Shown in pieces: positions 46,905-60,217 of a stretch of DNA of 64,000 nt. The DNA is from Azolla caroliniana. Its lineage: Eukaryota; Plantae; Polypodiophyta. Positions within the stretch are counted from its first letter, which is position 1, and the number at the start of each line of letters is the position of its first letter. Under the pieces are notes generated by a model. That model was not told the DNA's origin. It worked only from the letters and a program-made list of their open reading frames with translations, and did not search any database. Made by a program: the position numbers and the translations under genes. The stretch spans positions 14,260,001-14,324,000 of the forward strand of contig JBHGNT010000002.1 of the NCBI GenBank assembly GCA_043228905.1. Reading direction: 5' to 3'.

Positions 46905-49900
46905 TGAAGAAAGTAAGGCGCATGTGCTATGGGAGAAAATCGGTACCATCCTAGAGAGCAAGAACGTCGTAAATCGGGTTTCGGTATTCCGGAAGTTGGT
47001 GAGACTTCGGTACCAAGACAGATCCAGCATGGCAGACCACATGAATGCATTCCAGGGCCTGATAAATCAGATAATCTCATTGGAGGAATTACTAGTTGAT
47101 GAGATACTCGCATTGTTGTTGCTCGGTTCCCTCCTGGATACTTGGGAGACGCTAGTTGTCACTTTGGGCAACACCGGGCTGGAAGGAAAACTATTGTCCC
47201 TTGCAAGGGTAAAATCAAGCTTGCTGGATGAAGAATCTCTCTGGAAGGACTAGGAGTCCAGAACCGATCCGAAGGCCTTGGTTACGGAAGATGACCATAA
47301 CCAGGGAAGAGGCCTGAATCAAATTCCCCAGAACCGGAAGAAGTCGTGGATGAGGTCGAAGTCAAGGCGGAGGCCCACTTACTTTTATTGTGGTATGAAT
47401 GACGGGGCACGTCTAGAAGAATTGCTGACAATTCCAGAAATCCAAAGGGGGAACCAACGGTCCGGAACCGAGGAAGATTTCGGAAATAAGAGGAACGTCG
47501 ACAATCATGACAAGTGATGAAGAATTGTTGCTCATCACCGAGGAAAATGAGTTGCATCTTGTAAGCGATGAGATGACACGGGTGGTCGACTCCAGAGCGT
47601 CGTTCCATCTGACCCCCGACCGGAAATGCTTCTCATCATATAGAGCCAGAGATCGCGTTTGTGTCTGTATGGGAAATGAAGGTGCATACCGAATTGTCGG
47701 CGTCGGAGATGTGTGGTTGACGACATCAATCGGATGCAAGTTGTTGCTAAAGGATGTCTAACACGTTCCAGAGGTTTAGTTGAACTTGATATCATCCAGC
47801 CAACTAGATGATAAAGGCTACATGGGTAGCGTCTGCAACGGAGTCATGAAGTTTAGCAAAGGAAGCTTGATCGTGGCCCGAACTCAAAAGATCAACACAC
47901 TATAATTGATGCATGCCCAGATTTTTTGGGAAGAAGTGAACGTGGCATCCGACAATGCTGGTGCGTTGTGGCACAAGAGGTTGTGCCACATGATCTAGAT
48001 AGGGATGCGTAAACTTGCCGAGGATAACCTCATTCCAAAGGTAAAAGACGTGCAATTTGAGAGATGTGTTGACTGCTTGGACGGCAAGCAAAACTGAACC
48101 TCTTTCCAGACAAGACCACCGATGAGACGGAATGCACCACTAGATCTTGTGCATACCGATGTATGCCAAGTGGGCACGAAGTCACATGCCGGATCACAGT
48201 ACTTTGTGACATTCATAGATGACCATAGCCGAAAGTTATGGCTTTCACCCCTGAAAATGAAGGATCGGGTATTATCCATCTTCAAGGAGCTCCACGTGAG
48301 AGTGGAAAGAGAAACCAGCCGGAAGCTAAAGGTAGTTCGAGCAGACAACGGAGGAGAATACCAGGGGCAGTTTGAGGAGTATTGCCGGTATTCACAGTGC
48401 TGAAGACACCGGAACTAAACGGGTTAGTCGACACAATGAACCAAACAGTAATGGAGAGAGTCTAGAGCATGGTAGCACATGCATAGTTGCCCAAGGCATT
48501 TTGGCATGAGGTGTTGATGACAACGACCTATGTGATAAACAGATCACCCTCAGCGCCCTTGGACGGAGACACACCGCAGAGAGTATGAACTGGTAAAGAT
48601 GTGTCTTACCAGCATCTGAAGGTGTTTGGTTGTCTCACTTACGTGCATGTTGCAAAGGACAAGAGAGCAAAGTTGGATCCGAAGTCCCGATCGTGCGTAT
48701 TCCTTGGATATGGCGATGATGAGTTCGGTTACTAAGTGTGGGACTTGGTCGACAAGAAGGTTTTTCGGAGTCCTGACATAATCTTCATGGCAGACAAGAA
48801 CATTGCCGATTGGGAGTCAGAGAAGAACATAGTGGACTCTGGGTCAACCGACAAAGATCGGTCAGAAGATACAAGGACACATCCGGGCGGAAGCTGGAAG
48901 ACACTCGAAGAACCGGCTAGAGTCGGACCAAAAACCGAACTGACCGAACAAGAAGATTTGGACACCAGAACCAGACAAGACCCCGAATCGGATTCGGATG
49001 AAGAATAGATGGAGGACAAAAAACAAGGACGGAGATACCCTCTCATAGACATAAGGGCCTGCCAGAGATTTTCAGATGTAGAGCATGTGCTGTTGATCGA
49101 CGATGAGAAGCCGAAAAGCTTTGAAGAAGCAAAAAAAGACACCCACAGCAACAAGTGGTTAAGTGCCATGCAGAATGAGAACCACGCATATGAATTGACA
49201 GAGCTACCGAGAGGAAAGAGAGTGCTCCGGAACAAGTGGATGTACAAGCTGAAACCGGGAGACGCTAGAAATCCACCGAGATACAAAGCCCGGATCATGG
49301 TGAAGGGGTTTCAACATAAGAAAGGAATGGATTTTGACGAGATCTTCACCCCGATAGTCAAGATGACATCATCCGGACGATGTTGAGCATCACGGCGAGC
49401 GTGGACCTCGAGGTAGCGCAACTAGACGTCAAGACGACTTTCCTACACGGCGACCTCAAAGAAGAGATCTTGGGAAACAACACCTGGTATGCTGGTTGAA
49501 GACGAGCATATATACATTTTGGGGAAGCAGTCATGATTGTCACAGGAAAAGTATGTGACAAAGGTGCTTCAAAGGTTTAGCATGTCGGATGTTAAGCCGG
49601 TCGGGTCGACACTTCCGGCTAACTTCAAGCTATCCAGGAAGTAGAGCCCGAACACAAAGGCAGAGAAGTCGGAGATGATGACGATACCATATGCCTCTGC
49701 CATCGGAGGCTTGATGAATGCAATGGTGTGTACCCGGCCAAATATCGGATATGCTATCATAGTGGTCAATCGGTTCATGAGAAATTCAAGAAGAGAACAC
49801 TGGACCACGGTCAAGTGGATACTCCGGCACTTGAAAGGCACCTCGAGTATGTGCCTCCGATTCGGCTTAGGAAAACCCCAACTTGAGGGATTCATGGATT

Positions 49901-50876
49901 CAGATATGTTGGCTGATGCGGATACCATCAGGTCTACATCCGGATATGTCATGACATATGTAGGAGGAATCGTATCGTGGTAGTCGAGGCTGTAGAAGTC
50001 CGTTGCAGTGTCAACAATGGAAGTGGAGTATATGGCAGTCGTGGAAGCCGGCAAAGAAGTAATCTAGATGGACTTCATCGGAGAGCTCAGGATCCGATAG
50101 AGGGAATTCCGACTCTACTGTGACAGTCAAAGTGCCATGCACCCCACGAAGAACACCGCGTACCACTACTACACCAAGCACATCCAGAGGAGACATCACT
50201 GACCCTGGGATAAGGTAGAAGATAAAGAGTTTTTGCTAACGAAGATCCATACGGAGAAGAATGGGTCAGACATGCTAACCAAGGTGTTGTCAGCCGACAA
50301 GTTGGATGTGTACCGAAGACGGATCAGACTAACGAGACATCCCATACCACAATGAAGGGGGAGTTTTTTGGGAAATGGATTCCTTAGGATGGGATCTGGA
50401 TGAGCCAGATCGGATGGATCCGAAAGGAGTCCGACCAGATCCGGTATGAACCAGTGTGTAGGACCATATTAGTAAATATGTTCAGACATGACTGTTGAGG
50501 TCATATTTGTAAATAACCCTAAAGTTATATGAGTATAAATTTAACTAGGGCAATAGTGTTTATGATGATGTTGTTATCTTTATTGTTGTACAGAGATATA
50601 GAGAGAGAGCGAGAGAGACACAGAAAGTTCTCTGTTGTAACCACTGGTTGGCGAAGACATAGAGCTCGAGGTCGTTGCCTTTGAGTCTCCTATTGTACCC
50701 TCGCTCTCATAGTGATAGTTGGAATCTAGGGGCTCTCGTGGTATTTAGGGTTTTCCACGTTAACATCTTGTGTCATTTGATTTTCTAGTTTTTCTGCTTT
50801 CTTCCATTGAGTGATTGAGACTCGATTGTGACCGAGCACTATTCTGCACAGGAAGGAGGTGTGAGTGGTTTCCCAA
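46905..50876 (+). mobile_element. Degenerate Tork-like copia (5'-truncated in gag) with LTR about 50366-50876
   Basis: ESKAHVLWEKIG gag, VVDSRASFH, LVHTDVCQV, RT and RNase H remnants, PPT TGAAGGGGGAGTT at 50353-50365. LTR is homologous to the D and H LTRs. Confidence 0.85.
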
Positions 50877-53415
50877 GCATGATAGTGCTAAACTCTCAGA
50901 ACTATGCGGACTGAAAGATAAAGATGGAGGACCTTCGCATAGGTAAAGACCTGTAGGAGCCAATCAACAGAGTAGAAATACCCATGGGAGTATTAGTGTC
51001 AGAATGGAAATTTCTTAACAGAAAGGCGGTGGCCATCATCCAATGGTTCATCGATGTAAGTGTCGTTCAACATGTGGCGAACGACACAAATGCCTACGAG
51101 ATGTGGCAGAAGCTGTCAGGCTTATATGAGTGGAAGAACGCCCTCAACAAAACATCCCTGATGAGGAAGATTGTGAGGACTGTCGACACCTCAAGAAGGA
51201 CAAGAGTGTCGGAAATAATGTCGAACCCAGGAAGATTCTTGAAGAAAAGGGCACATCATCCGTAGCTACGAGTGCAGAGGAGATTTTGTTCATTTGTGAG
51301 CAGGCAAGCACAAATCTTGCAAGCAAAGAGTGCACCTTGGTAATCGACTTGGGTGCATCATTCCACATAACTCTATCAAGAGAGTGTTTTTCAACTTGGA
51401 AGCAAGATAGTCGGCATGTAAAGATGAAAGATCATGGAGAGTGCAAGATAGTTGGCATTGGAAGCATGTGCCTGACGACGTTGACTAGTTGTTGACTGAT
51501 GTTGAGGGAAGTTCAAGATGTCCCCGATATTAGATTAAATCTGATATCAACTGAAAGATTGGACGACGAAGGCTACAGTGGCAGCTTCCGAAACGACAAG
51601 TGGAAGTTCTGTCATGGAAACCTCATAGTGACACGAACATAGAAAGAAGGCACATTGTATATGATGCATGCCCGACTGTGCAAGTCGGAAGCGAATGTGG
51701 CAGCCTACTTGAGTGGACAGTTATGGCATAAGAGGCTAAACCACATGAGTGAAAAAGGAATGCACCTCCTGGCTGACTAGGAACTTCTCCCAGAAGTGAA
51801 AGGAGTACACTTGGAGAAGTGTGTTGACTGCTTAGCCAGAAAGCAAAACCAAGTGGCATTCCACACAAGACGACCAAGAAGAAGAGAAGTTGCACTGGAA
51901 TTAGTACACACAGATGTGTGCTATGTAGATTTTCCATCACATCGAGGTGGACAATACTTCTTAACGTTTATTGATGACTATAGTCAGAAGACATGGCCCA
52001 TTCGTACTGAGCTCAAAGGATCAAGTACTATCAATGCTCAAGGAGCTCTAGGCAAGAACCGAATGGGAGTCGTGTCAGAAGCTGAAGGTTGTCCAAACAG
52101 ACAATGGTGGCGAATATAAGGGCAATTTGAGGAATACTGCAAGGCCCAGGGTATTCGAATTGAATACACTATACCAAAGACCCTTGAGTTGAACGAGCTT
52201 GCAGAGAGGATGAATAGAACAATCATGGAGAGAGTAAGGAGCATGCTCTCTCATGCTAAATTTCCGAAATCGTATTGGGTTGAGGCGATGTACATAGTTG
52301 TCTACCTGATAAACAGGTCCCCCTCAATACCACTGAAAGGTGATGTCCCACAAAGGGTGTGGACAGGAAAGGATGTATCCTACCGACACCTGAGGGTGTT
52401 CGAATGCTTAGTGTATATGCATGTGACTAAGGATCAAAGGTCGAAGCTTGACAGCAAGTTGAAACCATGCATATTCATGGGATACTCAGAGGACGAGTTC
52501 GGTTACAGGCTCGGGGACTTAGTCAATAAGAAAGTAGTGAGGAGTCAGGACGTAGTCTTCTTGGAAGACAAGACAATTGAGGACTGGAAGCAACAGAAAT
52601 CGGAATCGACTTCCACTACTATCAGTCGACACAGCGGAATCCGAGCCAATCGACTCGAAGCAATTGACAAATATAGAAGAGTCGGAGTTGACAAACCTAT
52701 TAAAGTTGTTCAAGGACTACAAGTCGAAATCGGCTAACTCCCAATGATCGATCAACACATATGAATCTGAGCCAAGAGTAGATTTTGTCAAAGACATCCG
52801 AACTGAAACCAAAAACGAGTGGAAAGAGATACCCACTTAGAGGAAGGAGAGCACCGATGATGTATGACAGTCAATACATTTTCTTGACTGATGAAGGTGA
52901 ACCTAAGGACTATGAAGAAGCCATGGACAATGAGCACAAGGAGAAATGGCTAACTACAATGCAAGATGAGATGGACTCCTTGCATGAGAACTACACCTAT
53001 GACTTGGTCGAACTACCGAAAGGTAAGAGAGCACTTAGAAACAAATGGGTCTACAAGGTGAAGACTGGAGAAGTTGACATCACACCCAGGCATTGTGGTG
53101 AAGGGGTTTCGACTTCGACGAAATATTCATACCAGTCATGAAGATGACATCCATCTGAACTATTCTGAGCATTGCTGCGAGCACAGATCTGGAGATCGAA
53201 CAGTTGGATGTCAAGACGACATTCTTGCATAGGGAGTTGAATGAGGAAATCTACATGCAGCAGCTCGAAGGCTTTGTGGATAAAGGGAACGAGAACTTGG
53301 TGTGTTGACTGAAGAAAAGCTTGTATAGGTTGAAAAAAGCTCCATGTCAATGGTACCACAAGTTCGAATCCTTCATGATGGAACATCGGTTCCAGAAAAC
53401 AAAGGCTAATCATGT
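50877..53415 (+). mobile_element. Second Tork-like internal region (gag to mid-RT), more divergent subfamily, internally deleted
   Basis: MIVLNSQNY...VANDTNAYEMWQKLSG gag, VIDLGASFH, LVHTDVCYV, LTDEGEP; ends in RT. Confidence 0.8.
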
Positions 53416-54566
53416 GTAGATGACCGTCCGGACCGCTTCGGCCCAGTAGAACTTGGGCATGCTCTTCTCTTCCAGCATTGCTCGTGCTGCATCCACAATT
53501 GACCGGTTATTCCTTTCGGCCACATCATTTTGTTCCGATGTGTATCGACAGTTGAATTCTCTTCGAATTCCTTTCTGCTACAGATAATTGTTGACTTGGC
53601 CAAAAAAGTATTCTTTTCCTCCATCTGACCACATGCATTTGATCTTCCTCTCCGTTTCCCATTCGACAAGACTTTGCAGATTCCGGAAATAGTCGAAAAC
53701 TTCGCTTTTCCTTTCAATTAGGTACATCCATGTGTGCTTGTTATAGTCATCGATGAAGGAGACAAAATATTGGCTACCGCCAAGACTAACATTTTGTGTC
53801 GGTCCCCATACATCCGAATGTATTAGATCGAGCTTGTTACGGCACTAGTTTTTTTCGGCGGGGAACAAAAGTTAGTGTTACTTTCTAAGCTAGCAGGCTT
53901 CACAAATTTGAGCCATTCAGCCACTGAATTTTGGCAATCCGAAAATTACATGTTTCGATTACAAGTCTTGAAGTCGTTGATAGTTGACGTGGCTGATCCT
54001 CTTGTGCCACAAGTCGATATCCAACTCGACTTTCTATCCTTTTGCGAACATAGGTGCCGACGTCGTTAGTGTCGAGGATAAACATCCTCCCGTCTTTGCG
54101 CCCTTGCACGATGATCCAATCCTCTTCCTCAATGAAGCATCCGAGGTGCGTAAACCGCACCTGCATCCCTTAGTAGATGATTTGCCCGATCGAAACCAGG
54201 TTCTTTGTGATTGTCAAAACATGTAGTATGTTCATAAACTTTCCCTTTTGTCCAGCATGGCTTAAAGGGACTTCTCCAACATGCACAATCAGGTGAGGAG
54301 TGTCGTCTCCTATTTCGAAAACTCCCAGTTGCTCCGGCTTTTCCAGAAATGAGAACCACTCTTCATGGCTCGTCATGTGGTTTGATGCTCCGGAATCAAT
54401 GTACCACAATTCCTCTGATCCGGAAGTGGTCTTCTTCATTGAGTTTGCCTTGTGCTTTATCACAAAGGTTGGCCCTTCTCCGGTCTTACCGGTTCCGGAT
54501 CCTTCTGATCCTTCCGCCTAGTGTGAGCTTTGCCGGTTTCCCCGTCCGCATCCGATCGCGAATGTC

Positions 54567-57500
54567 AGAGAAGTTCCCTTGAGCCACATCGGGCAGAAAG
54601 GGAAACTCATGAACGTGCTACACATTCCGACAATCACGAAGAACTTGGTGTCGGTCGGATAGATCGTCGACCAAGGGATGCAGGTCCGGTTTACACACCT
54701 CGGGTGCTTCATTGAGGAAGAAGGTCGTATTATTGCGCAAGGGCGCAAAGATGTGTTGTTGGGTGGGGGGGTGAAGCCTAGAATGGCTTCATCCCCCTCC
54801 CAAGGGGGTTACGTTAGAGAGAGAGCAAGAGAGAAAGACAAATAGGAAATGACACCAAATGAGAGGGGGGAAAACTATCTTCCTTATGTGCCCCCATAAG
54901 GGGTTTTTATAGTACATAATGTAACGGTAAATATGTCCGTTACAAAAAGAGACCGTTACATTTTTGTCACATGCACATCATTGTGCATGTGCTCACACAT
55001 ACTCATTTACTTTACACATACACATCAACCACATCATTACACATACCCTTATGCCTCCCCGTATATTCTTACAAGTAACAAGATGGGAGGATGTTCATCC
55101 TCGACTATACTAATGGTGGCACCACAATGTTCGCGAAAGGAAAAAAAGTCGAGTCGGACATCGACTTATGGCACAAGTGGATAGGCCACGTCAACTACTA
55201 GCGGCTTCAAGACCTGCAATCGAAACAAGTGGTGTTCAGATTGCCCAAATTTAGTGGCCAAAAGGCACAAATTTGTGAAGCCTGCCAACTGGGGAAGCAA
55301 CACGGACTTCCCTTCCCCAACAAGCGTAACCGGAGCCGGAACAAGCTCGACTTGATACACTCCGATGTGTGGGGGCTGGCACAAAACCTTAGTCTTGGCG
55401 GGAGCCGATATTTCATCTCCTTCATCGACGACTACACGTGGCACACGTGGATCTACCTCATTGAGAGGAAGAGTGAAGTCTTCAACTATTTCGGGGACCT
55501 CAAAGGGTTCGTGGAAACGGAAACAGGAAGAAGGATCAAGTGCCTACGGTCGGATGGCGGAAAAGAATACTTTTCCGGTCAATTCAATGGTTATTTACAA
55601 CATATGGGAATTCGGTGTGAATTCAGTTGTAGATACACGCCGGAGCAGAACGGCGTGGCCGAGAGGAAAAATCGGTCGGTTGTGGAAGCGGCACGGGCAA
55701 TGCTGGAGGAGAAGAGCTTGCCCAAGTTCTACTAGGCCGAGGCGGTAAGGACCGCAGTATACATCCAGAACCGGATCGGAGACCAAGTGTCGGCGCACGA
55801 GCAATATTTCGAAACAAAGCCAAACTTGCGACACTTACGAGTTTTCGGTAGCATTGCGTATGTGCATGTGCCGAAGGAGAAAAGGAGGAAGTTGGACGCG
55901 AAATCCGAAAAGTGTATCTTGGTCAGCTATTCAGACGAGCAGAAGGGTTATAAGTGTTATAACCCGCGCACCAAACAAGCGTGTGTGAGCCGCGACATTG
56001 TGTTTGACGAGTCCGCTTCGGCCGAGAAGACCTCGACATCGGCTAAAGGCCGATAACGCCAATCTACCCACCAGAAGAACCCAGTTGTGCGGTTCGAATA
56101 CAACGAGTACATGGCGCATCATTATGCGTACATGACCCGTGTAGCGGAAGTGCGTGAGCCGGAGAGCTACGCAGAAGCGGTTAAAGACGCGAACTGGCAC
56201 GCCGCGATGGAGGAAGAGATGCACACATTGGCGGAAAATGAGACCTGGGACCTGGTTGACGCACCAAAGGGTGTGAAGCCAATCGAATGTAGGTGGGTGT
56301 ACAAGGTCAAGTACAACACCGATGGCTCGGTCAACCGATACAAGGCCCGGTTAGTGGCAAAAGGCTATGTGCAGAAACACGGCATCGACTACGATAAGAC
56401 GTTTGCGCCGGTCGCGAAGATGACGACCGTTCGTGTTTTGCTCGCGGTAGCTGCGGCAAAGGGGTGGCACTTACATCAAATGGATGTAAAGAATGCGTTC
56501 CTGCAAGGTGAGCTTGAGGAACAGGTGTACATGGTACAGTCCCCCGGATTTCACTCCGGAACGAACACTTCGGCAATGTGTCGATTGAAGAAGTCCCTTT
56601 ACGGACTGAAGCAAGCCCCGCGTGCCTGGAACGCGAAGATCACGCAGCAACTGCGTCGGATGGGCTTTGCAATGTCAAAATCGGACTCTTCCCTGTTCAT
56701 CCGGAAAGGTCGACTCGGGCCGGTTAGTATTTTACTATATGTTGATGACTTGGTCATCACCGGCACCGACCTAGGAGAAATCAACCGCGTGAAGCTCTAG
56801 CTTGCGGCATCATTTGACACAAAGGATCTGGGAGACCTTCATTACTTCCTCGGGATCGAAGTGATCCGTACCCCCGAAGGCATATTGATCAGCCAACGTC
56901 ATTACGCGTTGAATATGCTCTTCAAATTTGGGATGGCAGATTGTAAGTCTGTCTCGACTCCCCTGGATAGAACCGTCAAGCTTCGCCTTGAGTCCGGAAA
57001 GGTATGCGACCCGACAAGGTTCCGACAGATAGTCGGCAACCTCATATACTTGACCATCACCCAACCCGATCTCAGTTATCCGGTCGGAATGATCAGTCAG
57101 TTCATGGCGCGACCTATCGAGGAGCATCTTCAATGTGTGCAACGCGTACTGTGGTACGTAAACGGCACTACGGACCGAGGACTGCTATATCGGACCAATA
57201 CAGCCTCGCCGTTGGTCGGCTACACCAACGCTGATTGGGCTTGCAACGCCGTTGATCACCGATCCACGTCCGGATACGCGTTCTCTCTTGGGAGTGCCGC
57301 GATCGCGTGGAGTAGTAAGAAGCAGCCGACAGTTGCACTGTCGAGCACCGAAGCTGAGTATAGAGGAGTGGTTGTCATAGCATGCGAAGCCATATGGTTG
57401 AAGCGGCTACTTAAGGACCTGCAAGAGGAGGTGTCCGATCCGAAGACGATTTACTGCGACAACCTCAGCAACATCCAACTCGCAAAGAACCCCATTTTCC

Positions 57501-58661
57501 ACGCATGGACCAAACACATTGAGGTGCACTACTATTTTCTCCGTGAGCGTGTTCTTTTAGGTGAAGTCGAACTTCAGTATGTTCCGACGGATCGGCAAAC
57601 TGCCGACATCTTCACCAATTCCCTTGGTCTGGACAAGTTACGGCAATTCTCGGGTGCGCTTGGATTGCGTCACCTTGAAGTGCCAAACTTGAGGGGGAGA
57701 GACATCCCGAATGACCATGGAATGAAGCAGGAAAGGAGCGGAGAAGACCGCGATGCCGAGTCGGATGACGATTTCGATTTCGGATTGGCTGAAGAAGCCG
57801 AGGGCGGATCCACGGAAGAATCCCGAAGCGGACATAAGGGGAGCAACCGAAAGGAAGAGCTGAAGTCAACCACGCATGGGGGAGATGACATCGTCAAGGG
57901 CGAGAAGACCAAAGAAGAGTTGGAGACAGCCAACTCGGACGAGAGCGAAAACTGATCGGAGGTAGCCGAGTCGATTCGGATACGCTGAATCAACCAAGGG
58001 CCAAGCGGAAGAGAAGGCGGCATAAGAGGCGCCAACACCACAACAGCAAGGAAGCTAAGAAGGGTTGTGGGAGCAGACAAGCCGACCGGAAGGGTCGAAG
58101 TGCGCGGAGTCGAACAGGCCGAGGAGAGCGAGCAAGGCATGGAGCCAGGAGGAACCGGAGCGGTGATCCGGAAGATCCCGAAGAGCCTCAAGTTGAGCTT
58201 AAGGGGGAGTGTTGAGAGACAAGCTCAACATCGTCCGTATCGACTGAGCAAGCCAAGGATCGGATCGGTTGGAACTGATCGGTTAGGCCGGACCGGTGCG
58301 TAAAGCGAATGCGTAAACCAGTACGCAAACCGGTGCATAGGAAGGCCGTATCAGTGCGTAAACCGAAAGGCTGTTAGAAAGATATTCCTCATAAGGAATA
58401 GTTTCGAGAGTAAGAGTCGAGGCTCATTTATGAGCAGTCAAGTACTGTCAGTACTTGTGTCAGCCTAATTGTCAGGGCTTGTATTAAAGTGCTCACTGAG
58501 CACATTGTATGTACAAATTGAGTATTATCTTCTTGAATTAAGTTCTATGTTTACTCTCTCTCTGTCTCTCCCGTGCGTACTGTGCAAACCTAAGTCTTCC
58601 ATTAAACCTGCGTTTTCTGTTGATCAACTTTCTATATTGCTTCCGCATGCAATTCTTTTCA
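54567..58661 (+). mobile_element. Bryco-like copia F, 5'-truncated (PR to 3' LTR 58210-58661)
   Basis: INT LIHSDVWG, RT LLYVDDL, RNase H, extension, PPT GAGCTTAAGGGGGAG, LTR TGTTGAG...TTTTCA. Confidence 0.9.
54754..55080. mobile_element. Small solo LTR (327 bp) of a family not otherwise present here, TSD AGATG
   Basis: TGTT...AACA termini; AGATG at 54749-54753 and 55081-55085; interrupts QGRKD|GRMFIL of element F. Confidence 0.85.
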
Positions 58662-59225
58662 TGTTTGTCAAGCTTCTCTGTCGGAAGCGAGCTTGCCATA
58701 CCTCTGTCCATCTTTCGTTCTTTACCAGGTGTTAGGGTTTGTCATTAGTAATCGCTTGTCGGTTGCGGAGGTTCTCAACCCTCAAGCTCTGATACCATGT
58801 CAAAGTTAATATGCGGAAGCATTGACAAACCAGTTTATCTAGATAGCAACGGAAAAACAGAGGATGAAGGTTTAATGGAAGCTTAAGTGCAGAGAATACA
58901 TAAGAGAGACAGGGAGAGTAGAAAGCATAAACTCAATTCAAAATAATAACACTTTTTTCATACAATGTCTCAGTCAGCACTTTTATACAAGTCCATGAAA
59001 GGACTGACAAGTACTTCAATGCTCATACGAGCAACTGACACTGACTCCCAAAAATATGCCTACGTACTAGGCTAGATCCGTAGGCCTCTAACGGCCTACC
59101 GGTTACAATCCGATACGTCTCTCTGATCCAGCTTCTGGTTCCGGACACCGATCCGGCTCTAGTTTATTAAGCCGATCTGGATCCGGTTGAGCTTGTCTGC
59201 TCAACAAGGTTTTGTTGTCTACTCT

Positions 59226-59632
59226 TGTAAAAGAAAACGGTGTGTGGAAGTGTGTGCGTAAACACAGAGTACACAGTTCGGAGGAATAAGACAGTTTGGT
59301 AAAACACCGAAAACGTAGAGATGGAGATGGAGAGGGAGAGACAAAGAGAGAGGGTGAGCAGACACAGTAAACTCCGATTCAAAATAATTATTCTCTCACA
59401 CACTATACACCGTGCTCAGTGAGCATCTTTTATACAAGCCCTGACAATCAGGCTAACACAAGTACTGATAGTACTTGACACTCATAAATGAGCCGCTACA
59501 CTCACTCCCAAAAATATTCCTTTCGAGGAATATCTTTCCAACGGCCTCGCAGTTTACGCATCTCTATGGCCTATTCTGCGCATGGTTCTATGCACTGGGT
59601 TACGCACCGAATGTTGAGCTTGTCTCTCAACA
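59226..59632 (-). mobile_element. Bryco-like solo LTR, TSD ACTCT
   Basis: ACTCT at 59221-59225 and 59633-59637; its reverse complement resembles LTR 39881-40303. Confidence 0.92.
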
Positions 59633-59735
59633 ACTCTCTTTGTCTCTCTCTCACCTACCTACTCTGTACATTCTATTGGGAGACAGGTCCCTCCGGATGG
59701 GAAGGGAGAAGTACAATACAGTAAACCCTAAACCG

Positions 59736-60005
59736 TATGATGAGTACCCGGCTACGGAGAGCCGGATGGTGCAGACCCGGTGAGAACCGGATGAGGAGTA
59801 CCCGGCTACGGAGAGCCGGATGATACAGACCCGGTGAAGACCGGATGAGGAGCACCCGGCTACGGAGAGCCGTATGGTATAGACCCGGTGAAGACCGGAT
59901 GAGGAGTACCCGGCTACGGAGAGCCGGATGGTACAGACCCGGTGAAGACCGGATGAGGAGTACCCGGCTACGGAGATCCGGATGATGCAGGCCCGGTGAG
60001 GACCG
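59736..60005 (+). repeat. Five 54-bp tandem repeats in U3 of the element H LTR
   Basis: Unit GATGAGGAGTACCCGGCTACGGAGAGCCGGATGATACAGACCCGGTGAAGACCG starts at 59736, 59790, 59844, 59898 and 59952. Confidence 0.92.
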
Positions 60006-60174
60006 CTCTCCGGATGAAGAGACATATTCGTAAATATGTTTCTGAAAGTCCATCGTGGCTATATTTGTAAATAGCCGAAAATTCATATTAGTATAAATAT
60101 GACTTAGGGCAAACCTTTTGATGGAGTTGTTGTCATTCTTGTTGGTGCAAGGAGAGAGACAGCGCATAACTGTG

Positions 60175-60217
<43 letters not shown>

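Larger units (their letters stand above)
53416..59206 (-). mobile_element. Bryco-like copia fragments on the minus strand (53416-54566 PR-INT; 58662-59206 gag start, PBS 58786-58797, 5' LTR 58798-59206), probably one element
   Basis: WYIDSGASNHMT and MPKFYWAEAV on the minus strand; MDRGMASSLPTEKLD gag start; GCTCTGATACCA PBS. Confidence 0.75.

Noticed and set aside
59736-60005. Regularly spaced palindromic repeats resembling a CRISPR array
   Set aside because: The units are head-to-tail with no unique spacers, lie inside a eukaryotic LTR, and have no cas genes nearby.
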